64,000 bases of DNA from Thermoproteota archaeon (GTDB lineage Archaea; Korarchaeota; Korarchaeia; B14-G2): NCBI GenBank assembly GCA_037917675.1, contig JAVCBW010000005.1:1-64000 (forward strand), given 5' to 3'. The notes under the pieces were generated by a model. It ran no database searches. It saw only the letters and a list, made by a program, of their open reading frames with translations, and was not told where the DNA came from. Below, piece by piece: positions 56,418-64,000 of this stretch (position 1 is its first letter; every line of letters begins with the position of its first letter). A program made the position numbers and the translations under genes.

Positions 56418-56962
56418 GCCTCCCTCACCTCTGACACTAGATTCTTTGGGAGAGTAACCCCCCTCTGCCCCTGGTATTCTCCTGAGTAGAGCTTCTCAAC
56501 AGAGTTGAGACACTTTGAGAAGACCACGTGTAGAAACCGGATCCCCCTATACACCCTTATGGGATATGGCTTCGACCAGAACACTTCAATCGTGAGCTCA
56601 CCACGAAAGCCTGCGTCAACATATGTGGTTGGAGCTATAAAGCCTAGCCTAGCAAACGTTGACCTGAGGCCGCATATAGCCATGAGGTCACTTGGGAGAC
56701 TAATGTACTCCTCGGTATGCATCAGGACAGAGGTGTATGGAGGGATCTCATAGCCGCTCTCAGGGATCTCCTCTATCTCATAGAAGTCAGCTGGGTTATC
56801 TCGCCCAATGTCTAGTGGACGCTTAAGGTCTCGAGGTATAGCTATGTATGGGCCTATATGGAGGTCTACCCCATTTTGCTGTATGGTATCCTCTAGCAGA
56901 GGCCTTATAGTAAGCCTGCCCTCACTCAGGTAGCTTTTCAAGTCGAAGTCTGAGAGAATCAA
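56378..56962 (-). CDS. dcd: dCTP deaminase
   Basis: ILSDFDL, QQNGVDL, LRSTFARLG, VDAGFRGELTIE, YQGQRGVTLP; TTG at 56962. Confidence 0.92.
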   Translation of the reverse strand: MILSDFDLKSYLSEGRLTIRPLLEDTIQQNGVDLHIGPYIAIPRDLKRPLDIGRDNPADFYEIEEIPESGYEIPPYTSVLMHTEEYISLPSDLMAICGLRSTFARLGFIAPTTYVDAGFRGELTIEVFWSKPYPIRVYRGIRFLHVVFSKCLNSVEKLYSGEYQGQRGVTLPKNLVSEVREAFHVRSLLKLGSQ

Positions 56963-57026
56963 GTAGACCCCTATGGCTGAGGTATGTAGCTTTAAAACAT
57001 CACTGCTGAGCAGAGCTGGTGGCATC

Positions 57027-57707
57027 TTGGATGCTATAGTAGACAGCAGGGAGCCACCGTGGATCATAGAGCTCCTGAAGAGAGTCTGCAGAGAGGTTGA
57101 GATCAAGCTGCTTCCAGTAGGTGACATAGTGGCCCATAGAGGTAGGCTGGGAGTTCTGGTTGAGAGGAAGACCGTGAGAGACTTCTTTAGCTCAGTGTGG
57201 AGTGGTAGGCTCTGGGAGCAGCTGGCAAAGCTTACTTCAGTAGAAGAGGTAGCTGGAGTGAGGGTTGCTAGGAGGATCCTGCTGGTTGAGGGGTCCTTCA
57301 CACAGCAAGCTTACACGCTGAGTGAGCCGAGGAAGAAGCTTGCTAGCGTATCTGGAGCCCTAATGGAGTGCCAGTTCAGATATGGTATCCCAGTCATCCA
57401 GGTGGATTCAGCTGTGATGCTAGAGGAGTTCATCAGGGTGCTTGTCTCTAGAGAGGAAGCTGGCAAGAACGAGGGGGAGCCTGAGGAGAGGTGGTTCAGG
57501 CCAGTCAGGGTCACTAGAGTGCCGGAGAGGGACGTTAAGGTCTATGTGCTGTCATCTATACCGTTCATTGGGAGGAAGCTTGCTACTGAGCTGCTGAGGG
57601 AGTTTGGGACGATAGCTAGGATAGCTAATGCAAGCAGGCATGAGCTCATGAGGGTACCTGGAATAGGAGAGAAGCTGGCGACGAAGATATACAAGGTATT
57701 CCACTAG
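57027..57707 (+). CDS. xpf: Short XPF/ERCC4 structure-specific nuclease (nuclease + HhH2)
   Basis: IVDSRE, VGD, VERKTVRDF, GRLWEQ, IPFIG...VPGIG helix-hairpin-helix; no helicase domain. Confidence 0.9.
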   Translation: MDAIVDSREPPWIIELLKRVCREVEIKLLPVGDIVAHRGRLGVLVERKTVRDFFSSVWSGRLWEQLAKLTSVEEVAGVRVARRILLVEGSFTQQAYTLSEPRKKLASVSGALMECQFRYGIPVIQVDSAVMLEEFIRVLVSREEAGKNEGEPEERWFRPVRVTRVPERDVKVYVLSSIPFIGRKLATELLREFGTIARIANASRHELMRVPGIGEKLATKIYKVFH

Positions 57708-57805
57708 CTGTAGGGTCGATCTCATATGGCAGCTTGCCTCTCTGAGCTGAACTAGGCTCCAATAACTTTTAAGCAGGCAGGGAGCTCGGGGGCGTTGGGG
57801 ATAGC

Positions 57806-59269
57806 TTGAGCTATAGCAAGGTGACTTCAGAGGTTATTGAGGAGCTAAAGAGCATAGTTGGGCCTGAGTACGTGTCTGACAAGCCAGCAGTCTTAGCAGC
57901 CTACCTGTCGAGGAGCATAATGGGCATTGAGGCTGTTAGGCCAGATGTCGTCGTTAGGCCGAAGTACGTGGAGGAAGTCAGGAAGGTACTGATGCTAGCT
58001 AACGAAAATAGGATCCCTGTCACGCCGATGGCAGGAGGCCTATCAGGAGGCTTCGCATTACCTCTCATCAAGCCAGCAGGTATACTCTTAGACCTCTCTA
58101 GGATGGATAGGATCCTGAAGGTAGACCCTGATGCAAGGTATATGGTGGTTGAGCCAGGGGTTAGGAACGGGCCTCTATGGGCGTACTTCAGGAAGAACTA
58201 TCCGGAGTATGCCCCTCCGATACCGGATGGCGCCCCTCCTGCAGCAACGGTTGTAGGAGACGCTCTGGAGAGGGGGTTCACGATAGTCACGAGTAAAGCT
58301 GGGCCTGCAGCAGACCTAGTGCTTGGGCTGGAGGTAGTCCTGCCTACTGGTGAGGTCATCAGGACAGGCTCTTGGGCTCTGCCAGGAGCTAAGCCCTTCT
58401 ACAAGTGGGGGCTTGGGCCAGACTTCACTGGGGTCTTCCTGGGGGCTCAGGGGACGATGGGTGTCGTCACAAAGCTTGCAGTCAAGATATTCCCTCACTC
58501 AGAGCACAAGGATATACTGGCTTTCGGCTTTGAGAACCCACATGACATGGTGAAGGCTACCATGAGAGTCTTGAAGCAGGAGGTTGGTGTCATGGTGCAG
58601 GGTGGCAACTGGTGGCTTGTGCCAACTAGGCTAGCTGAGGAAAACCCGAGGCTAGCAGATTACCAGTACTGGGCTAAACTTGGGGTTCCATTGTGGTTCA
58701 TGAACTTCGAGCTATGGGGGAGAGATGAGGAGGATCTAGAGTATCAGAGGAGGGTTGTGAGACGAGAGATGGAGAAGGCTGCTCAGGCAGGCATCAGGGT
58801 CAGGGAGTGGAAGCTCCACCCGAGGCAGAAGAAGAGTAGGCTGAAGAAGCCGAACAAAATAGCTATACCATATGCAAAGTGGAGGGGAGCATTCCTCTTT
58901 ATAACATGGTACACACCCTGGATGGAGGCTGGAGAGTTCGCTGAAATATGTGTCAAGAAGCTAGAGGAATACAGGTTCCCACCAGTCCTCTGGATTGCTT
59001 CCATAGAGCATGGGAGGGAAGCAATATGCATGCCTATAGTATGCTATGACCCTACAAGCTCAGAGGAGATGGAGAGGCTTAGAGAGTTCAATAGAGACAC
59101 AACAGAGATATTCGTTGAGAAAGGCTGGATAAACTACAGGCCAGACCCATATGTCCATGCACCAGCGATGTACTCTAGGGCAGCAGCCTACTATAGTATG
59201 CTAAAGAAGCTCAAGAAGGTTTTTGACCCCAATGGCATAATGCATCCAGGCAGGCTATGCCTGCCATAG
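57806..59269 (+). CDS. FAD-binding oxidoreductase (VAO/PCMH - GlcD family)
   Basis: PDVVVRP, VEPGV, GLEVVLPTGEVIRTG, GLGPDFTGVF..QGTMGVVTK, FDPNGIMHPG. Confidence 0.88.
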   Translation: MSYSKVTSEVIEELKSIVGPEYVSDKPAVLAAYLSRSIMGIEAVRPDVVVRPKYVEEVRKVLMLANENRIPVTPMAGGLSGGFALPLIKPAGILLDLSRMDRILKVDPDARYMVVEPGVRNGPLWAYFRKNYPEYAPPIPDGAPPAATVVGDALERGFTIVTSKAGPAADLVLGLEVVLPTGEVIRTGSWALPGAKPFYKWGLGPDFTGVFLGAQGTMGVVTKLAVKIFPHSEHKDILAFGFENPHDMVKATMRVLKQEVGVMVQGGNWWLVPTRLAEENPRLADYQYWAKLGVPLWFMNFELWGRDEEDLEYQRRVVRREMEKAAQAGIRVREWKLHPRQKKSRLKKPNKIAIPYAKWRGAFLFITWYTPWMEAGEFAEICVKKLEEYRFPPVLWIASIEHGREAICMPIVCYDPTSSEEMERLREFNRDTTEIFVEKGWINYRPDPYVHAPAMYSRAAAYYSMLKKLKKVFDPNGIMHPGRLCLP

Positions 59270-59280
59270 GAGGTGAGAGC

Positions 59281-60513
59281 ATGGAGATTGAGAGCTATAA
59301 GAGGGAGATTTACAAGTGTATCCACTGCAAGACATGTAGGTTTGCCTACTCAGATGAACCTGACAGGATAGGTTATGGAAGCTATACTGGGATAGTTTAT
59401 GGGTGCTTAGCTGGAACCTATAACCTAGACTGGGAGGCATACTACAACTCTGGTAAAATGTGGATACTGAGAGGGATACTGGAAGGAGATGTCCCGATTA
59501 CAGAAGACCTGATAGATGTATTCTACATGTGTACTGAGTGTGGTAACTGCCAGCTCCAGTGTGAAAATGAGATACCGACAGTAGAGATATTCGAGACATT
59601 CAGAGCAGATCTGGTCAGATCTGGGATAGAAATTCATCCAAAGCATGAGAGGTTCACAGAGTTCGCAGTAAAGCTGAACAACCCATATGGGGAGCCTCAT
59701 GAGCAGAGGACAGAGTGGTTTGACGGCGAGAAGGATAGGAGGAGTGAGCTAGCATACTTCGTCGGGTGCACATCATCCTATAGGCTGCCGCATGTAGCTA
59801 AGGCTGTAGCAAGGCTTCTGAAGACAGCTGGGCTAGAGTTCCTGGTGTCAACAAGGGAAGTCTGCTGCGGCTCACCTCTACTGAGAGTTGGGCAGAGAGA
59901 TGTAGCGCTCAGCTTAGCTAAAAGGAACATAGAGAACTTCAAGGCAGCTGGAGTGAAGAAGATGCTGTTCTCATGTGCAGGATGCTATAGGACTTTCACA
60001 GTAGACTACCCGAAGCTCCTAGGTGACCAGCCGTTTGAGACTGTGAGTGTCATGGAGATGATAAAAGAGCTGATAGACAAGGGTGTGATAAAGCCTACAA
60101 AGAGCATAGATATGACTGTGACATGGCATGATCCATGCCACTTTGGTAGACACATCTACCTCTGGAAGAAGGGATCTGGAGCAAGCAAGGGAGAGCTCAG
60201 AGAATTTGCAAAGAAGTGGTTTGACATACCTAGGGAAGTACTGCATAGCATACCAGGACTCAAGGTCGTTGAGATGTATAGGAACAGGGAGAACTCTTGG
60301 TGCTGTGGAGCTGGAGGAGGAGTCAAGGCAGCTTACCCTGATATGGCTCTCTGGGCAGCCTATGAGAGGCTAAAAGAGGCTAAGGAGGCTGGAGCTGAGG
60401 CTGTAGTGACATCGTGCCCATTCTGTCTCAGGAACCTATCTGATGCAGCAAGGGAGTTCAAGAGTGATGTGAAGGTAATAGACCTAACTGAGCTAGTACT
60501 CCAGGCACTCTAA
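59281..60513 (+). CDS. HdrD/GlcF-like Fe-S protein with CCG domains
   Basis: CIHCKTC, CTECGNC..C, FVGC, CCGSP, HDPCH, CCGAGGG, TSCPFC; ATG at 59281 after GGAGGTGA. Confidence 0.9.
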   Translation: MEIESYKREIYKCIHCKTCRFAYSDEPDRIGYGSYTGIVYGCLAGTYNLDWEAYYNSGKMWILRGILEGDVPITEDLIDVFYMCTECGNCQLQCENEIPTVEIFETFRADLVRSGIEIHPKHERFTEFAVKLNNPYGEPHEQRTEWFDGEKDRRSELAYFVGCTSSYRLPHVAKAVARLLKTAGLEFLVSTREVCCGSPLLRVGQRDVALSLAKRNIENFKAAGVKKMLFSCAGCYRTFTVDYPKLLGDQPFETVSVMEMIKELIDKGVIKPTKSIDMTVTWHDPCHFGRHIYLWKKGSGASKGELREFAKKWFDIPREVLHSIPGLKVVEMYRNRENSWCCGAGGGVKAAYPDMALWAAYERLKEAKEAGAEAVVTSCPFCLRNLSDAAREFKSDVKVIDLTELVLQAL

Positions 60514-60542
60514 CCTACTCCACCATTGGATGTTGATGCAGC

Positions 60543-61376
60543 GTGACTGAGCTCGCCATAAAGCGTATAGAGCCTGTTGAGCTCTGGTTTATGAGGGAAG
60601 CTGCCTCAGTCACCTATACTGCTCTAGTGAAGCTAGGGTTCAGTAGAGCTGTTGAGCTCAGGCTATATAGGAGCTGGAGCAGGATGAGCAGAGAGCTCGC
60701 TGCTGAGCTCGCTGAAGTAGCATCTAGGCTTGGAGTAGAAGCCTCAGCAATCCAAGCCCCCTTCTCATCCTGTTCATTCCACCATGGCTGGCTTGACAAG
60801 CCTTGTATCTCGATAGCTCAGGATGCATATGAGGCTAAAAGGAGGGCTGTAGCTAGAGGAGAGCTGGAGCATGAAGTTGGGCACTCTGCTCTCCATGGCA
60901 GGCTCGAGTACTACCTGATCAGAGTACCGAAACCGCTGCTTAAGCTAGCAGATTTCATTGGAGAAGATGAGCTCCGTGAGCTGATACACATACTTGCCTC
61001 TGCTGTAAAGGATTATGAGGTCTCTGAGCTGCTTGCATCACGTGAGATCATAGGAAACCAGGTTGAGATGCTGCTGGAGCACCTTCCGGTATCTAGTGTT
61101 GAAGTGGATGCTGTAGCTAGAGGAGACCTTGTTGCGCTCGCAAATTTGGCTAAGCCGTTCTTCTGTGCTGCTCCGATAGCTGGGAAGTCTGGTGTCCTCA
61201 GGGAGGCTATGAGGAGAGAGGCAGCTAAGCTGCCTAGGTATGCTGAGGAAGCTGTTTACATGGCCATCTCCAGAGTTGCTGCAGCAGGCAGCTTCCATGA
61301 GAGGCTTAGGGAAGCCTCAGAGGTGCTGCTCAACACAGCTGCTAGAGATAACGATTTAAGCCTGGATGTAAGCTAG
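60543..61376 (+). CDS. Hypothetical protein with an HExxH (zincin-like) motif
   Basis: ELEHEVGHSALHG. Confidence 0.6.
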   Translation: MTELAIKRIEPVELWFMREAASVTYTALVKLGFSRAVELRLYRSWSRMSRELAAELAEVASRLGVEASAIQAPFSSCSFHHGWLDKPCISIAQDAYEAKRRAVARGELEHEVGHSALHGRLEYYLIRVPKPLLKLADFIGEDELRELIHILASAVKDYEVSELLASREIIGNQVEMLLEHLPVSSVEVDAVARGDLVALANLAKPFFCAAPIAGKSGVLREAMRREAAKLPRYAEEAVYMAISRVAAAGSFHERLREASEVLLNTAARDNDLSLDVS

Positions 61377-61379
61377 TAC

Positions 61380-62156
61380 ATGATGAGCTGCAAGCTGTCT
61401 TCCCTAGCTTTAGTGGTGCTGCTAGCAGCAGCCTTGCTGGCAGCAGCCTACTACTGGAGGAAATGCAGAGCTCTTGAAGCTGGGCAGGCGCCTCTGAGGC
61501 CTAAGAGCTCTGAAGCTGAGGTCAGCTTCACGCCCACAGCTGTTGGAGAAGCTATTAAGCTGCCTCCACCCATCACTAGAGGAAATGTCAGCGTCGAGGA
61601 GGCTATCTCACGGAGGAGATCCGTCAGAAGCTATGCTGACAAGCCTCTTAGCCTGCTTCATGTGTCTCAGCTCCTGTGGGCAGCTCAGGGGATAACTGAT
61701 CCAGCTAGAGGGCTGAGGGCAGCGCCATCTGCTGGAGCTACATACCCGCTGGAGGTCTATGTTGTCGTGGGTGCTGGTGGGGTCATAGGGCTAGAGGCAG
61801 GCGTCTACAGGTACTATCCGGAGTCTCATGAGATAAAGCTGGTTAAGCTTGGAGATTTGAGGAAGATGCTTGCTGAAGCCTGCCTTGGACAGAGTTGGGT
61901 ACGTGAGGCACCAGTCAGCATAGTGATCACAGCAGTATACGAGAGGACGACATCAAGATATGGTGAGAGAGGGGAAAGATATGTACATATGGAGGCTGGG
62001 CATGTGGGAGAGAACATATACCTCGAGTGTGTGAGCCTTGGGCTAGGCTGCGTGGTTGTAGGGGCATTCTATGACCATGATGTAGCCCGCATACTCGCGA
62101 TTCCAGCAGGAGAGAGCCCGCTATATGTGATACCAGTAGGCTTCCCGAGAGCATAG
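61380..62156 (+). CDS. SagB/ThcOx-type nitroreductase-family protein with an N-terminal TM
   Basis: RRRSVRSY, SQLLWAAQG, RAAPSAGATYPLE, EAGHVGENIYL. Confidence 0.9.
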   Translation: MMSCKLSSLALVVLLAAALLAAAYYWRKCRALEAGQAPLRPKSSEAEVSFTPTAVGEAIKLPPPITRGNVSVEEAISRRRSVRSYADKPLSLLHVSQLLWAAQGITDPARGLRAAPSAGATYPLEVYVVVGAGGVIGLEAGVYRYYPESHEIKLVKLGDLRKMLAEACLGQSWVREAPVSIVITAVYERTTSRYGERGERYVHMEAGHVGENIYLECVSLGLGCVVVGAFYDHDVARILAIPAGESPLYVIPVGFPRA

Positions 62157-63929
62157 GTGGTCTCGTTGCCTAGGATAGCTATAGTAGATGCTAAGAAGTG
62201 TAAGCCATCTAAGTGTGGGCTTGAGTGCATAAAGTACTGCCCGATAAACAGGAGTGGAGTAGAGGCTGTTCGGGTAGATGAGGAAGCAGACAAAGCTGTG
62301 ATAGATGAGGAGAAGTGCACTGGGTGTGGAATGTGTGTCAAGACCTGCCCATTTAACGCGATCACAGTCGTGAATGTGCCAGCTCCACTGGAGGGAGAGG
62401 AAGTCCACAGATATGGTGTAAATGGTTTTGTCCTCTATAGACTTCCTATAGTCAGATTTGAGGCTGCAACAGGGATTATCGGGAGCAATGGAGTTGGAAA
62501 GACAACAGTACTTAAGATACTCTCAGGGAGCCTGCTCCCCAACTTCGGTAGAGAGCATGGGCCTAGCGACTTCAAGGAAGTTGCGTCAGCATTCAAAGGA
62601 CACGAGCTACAGGCATACTTTAGGAAGCTCGCTGACGGCAGAATTAAGATCGTTGTCAAGCCTGAGATGATAGACAAGATCCCTCAGGTGGTTAAGGGGA
62701 CCGTCAGAGAAGTTGTAGAGAAGTTTGATGAGAGAGGGGAGGCTGATAAGGCAGTTGAGCTCATGGAGCTTAGTAAGCTGCTTGACAGAGACGTCAGTAA
62801 GCTGAGTGGAGGAGAGCTGCAGAGGCTAGCCCTCTGTGTTGCATATATCAGAGAAGCTGACGTCTACATGTTTGATGAGCCCTCAAACTACCTTGATGTC
62901 AGGCAGAGGATGAGAGCTGCTAAGCTCATCAGGGAGATAGTCTCCTATGGTAAGGCTGTAGTTTTAGTTGAGCACGACTTAGCTATGCTAGACTATGTCA
63001 GCGACATAGTGCACATACTCTATGGCGTCCCTGGAGCATATGGTATTGTAAGCCAGCCATATGGCACCAGAGTTGGAGTAAACGTCTTCCTAGAAGGCTA
63101 TCTCCCAGAGGAAAACGTGAGGTTGAGGAGAGAAGCCATAGAGTTCGAGAGGAAGAAGCCAGCTGACAAGAGGAGCGCATCCATCCTTTTCACATATGAG
63201 AGCTTTAAGGTAAGCTATGACAGCGGCTTCAAGCTTGAGGCTATGCCAGGTGACATAAGGAGAGGAGAGGTCATAGGATGTGTCGGGCCAAATGGCATAG
63301 GAAAGACGACATTCGTCATTGAGATAGCTCGCTTTCTAAGCTCATCTGGGTCAGGGGTAAAGGTCTCATATAAGCCTCAGTACATAAAGCCTACATTTGA
63401 CGGGACTGTGGAGGAGCTGCTCAAGACTGTTGGAAGAAGCTTCTATGGGACAAAGCTATATCAGACAGAGGTGATAGGCAGGCTAGAGCTCGGAAAGCTA
63501 CTTGACAGGAGGGTGCCCACTTTAAGTGGAGGAGAGCTTCAGCGGGTGGCTGTCGCAGCATGCCTGAGTAGAGAAGCAGACATATACCTGCTGGATGAGC
63601 CTAGTGCCCACTTAGATGTAGAGCAGAGGTATGCTATGGCCAAGGCTGTGGCTAGGAGAGTAGAGAGCATAGGAGCTGCGGCAGTCGTTGTCGAGCATGA
63701 CATAATGGCACTAGACTACCTAGCTGATAGGATAATCCTCTTTGATGGAGAGCCAGGCGTGCATGGAGTAGCTTCGCCTCCAATGCAACACTATGATGGA
63801 ATGAACAAGTTTCTAGAGAGTGTTGGGATAACCATCAGAAGAGACCCAAGCACAGGGAGGCCTAGGGTAAACAAGCCTGGAAGCAGGCTGGATAGAGAGA
63901 TGAGGAGCGCAGGCATATACTACCGGTGA
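62157..63929 (+). CDS. rli: ABCE1/RLI ribosome-recycling ATPase
   Basis: N-terminal Fe-S motifs CKPSKC/CTGCGMCVKTCP; two NBDs (GSNGVGKT, GPNGIGKT, LSGGELQR); RRDPSTGRPRVNK. Confidence 0.96.
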   Translation: MVSLPRIAIVDAKKCKPSKCGLECIKYCPINRSGVEAVRVDEEADKAVIDEEKCTGCGMCVKTCPFNAITVVNVPAPLEGEEVHRYGVNGFVLYRLPIVRFEAATGIIGSNGVGKTTVLKILSGSLLPNFGREHGPSDFKEVASAFKGHELQAYFRKLADGRIKIVVKPEMIDKIPQVVKGTVREVVEKFDERGEADKAVELMELSKLLDRDVSKLSGGELQRLALCVAYIREADVYMFDEPSNYLDVRQRMRAAKLIREIVSYGKAVVLVEHDLAMLDYVSDIVHILYGVPGAYGIVSQPYGTRVGVNVFLEGYLPEENVRLRREAIEFERKKPADKRSASILFTYESFKVSYDSGFKLEAMPGDIRRGEVIGCVGPNGIGKTTFVIEIARFLSSSGSGVKVSYKPQYIKPTFDGTVEELLKTVGRSFYGTKLYQTEVIGRLELGKLLDRRVPTLSGGELQRVAVAACLSREADIYLLDEPSAHLDVEQRYAMAKAVARRVESIGAAAVVVEHDIMALDYLADRIILFDGEPGVHGVASPPMQHYDGMNKFLESVGITIRRDPSTGRPRVNKPGSRLDREMRSAGIYYR

Positions 63930-64000
63930 CCTCTCCTGAACCTGTATAGGTATATCCTATGAGATGTAGCTACATCATGTAGGTCAACTACCTTAGCAGG

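Noticed and set aside
56963-57301. Extended dcd ORF overlapping xpf
   Set aside because: Antisense to xpf; dcd homology begins at ILSD (TTG 56962).
60520-60550. Possible C/D box sRNA (GATGTTGA...CTGA)
   Set aside because: Degenerate C box, no second guide or D box, and it overlaps a start codon.
1-64000. CRISPR arrays, IS elements, integrases, rRNA, selenocysteine recoding; the many short S/L-rich antisense ORFs
   Set aside because: No repeat-spacer array, transposase or integrase motif, tRNA-end duplication, rRNA-like tract or in-frame TGA at a catalytic site was seen. The antisense ORFs are shadows of well-supported genes.

Overview
A gene-dense, mostly core-genome window from an archaeon, probably thermophilic and of the TACK/Thermoproteota group. 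The lineage is an inference from an HMf-type histone, a short nuclease-only XPF, multi-intron tRNAs, GGAGGTG Shine-Dalgarno sites and TATA promoters. It holds about 65 CDS and three tRNAs: Tyr-GTA with three introns, Lys-TTT with a 12-nt intron, and intronless Asp-GTC. I found no CRISPR array, transposase or integrase. Housekeeping genes include cysS, thrS, tgtA, rfcL, nadE, ahcY, rio2, dcd, xpf and ABCE1. Main points of interest: (1) a HcnABC/proline-dehydrogenase-like flavoprotein operon extended by a single-Cys disulfide reductase and a lipoyl H-protein, facing lipoyl synthase LipS2; (2) a triple-intron tRNA-Tyr; (3) several genes that seem to start at non-canonical CTG/ATT/TTA codons behind strong SD sites, one of them missed by the ORF track; (4) a stand-alone [NiFe]-hydrogenase large subunit; (5) a circularly permuted peptide-binding protein; (6) a MoxR/DUF58/VWA operon flanked by a membrane HEPN-like protein, a small RNase-like protein and archease; (7) a TudS-like gene coupled to tgtA; (8) a nitroreductase-RHH-RHH-SCP2-wecC-wecB-GT4 operon. 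All product calls come from motif recognition by eye; no database search was run.
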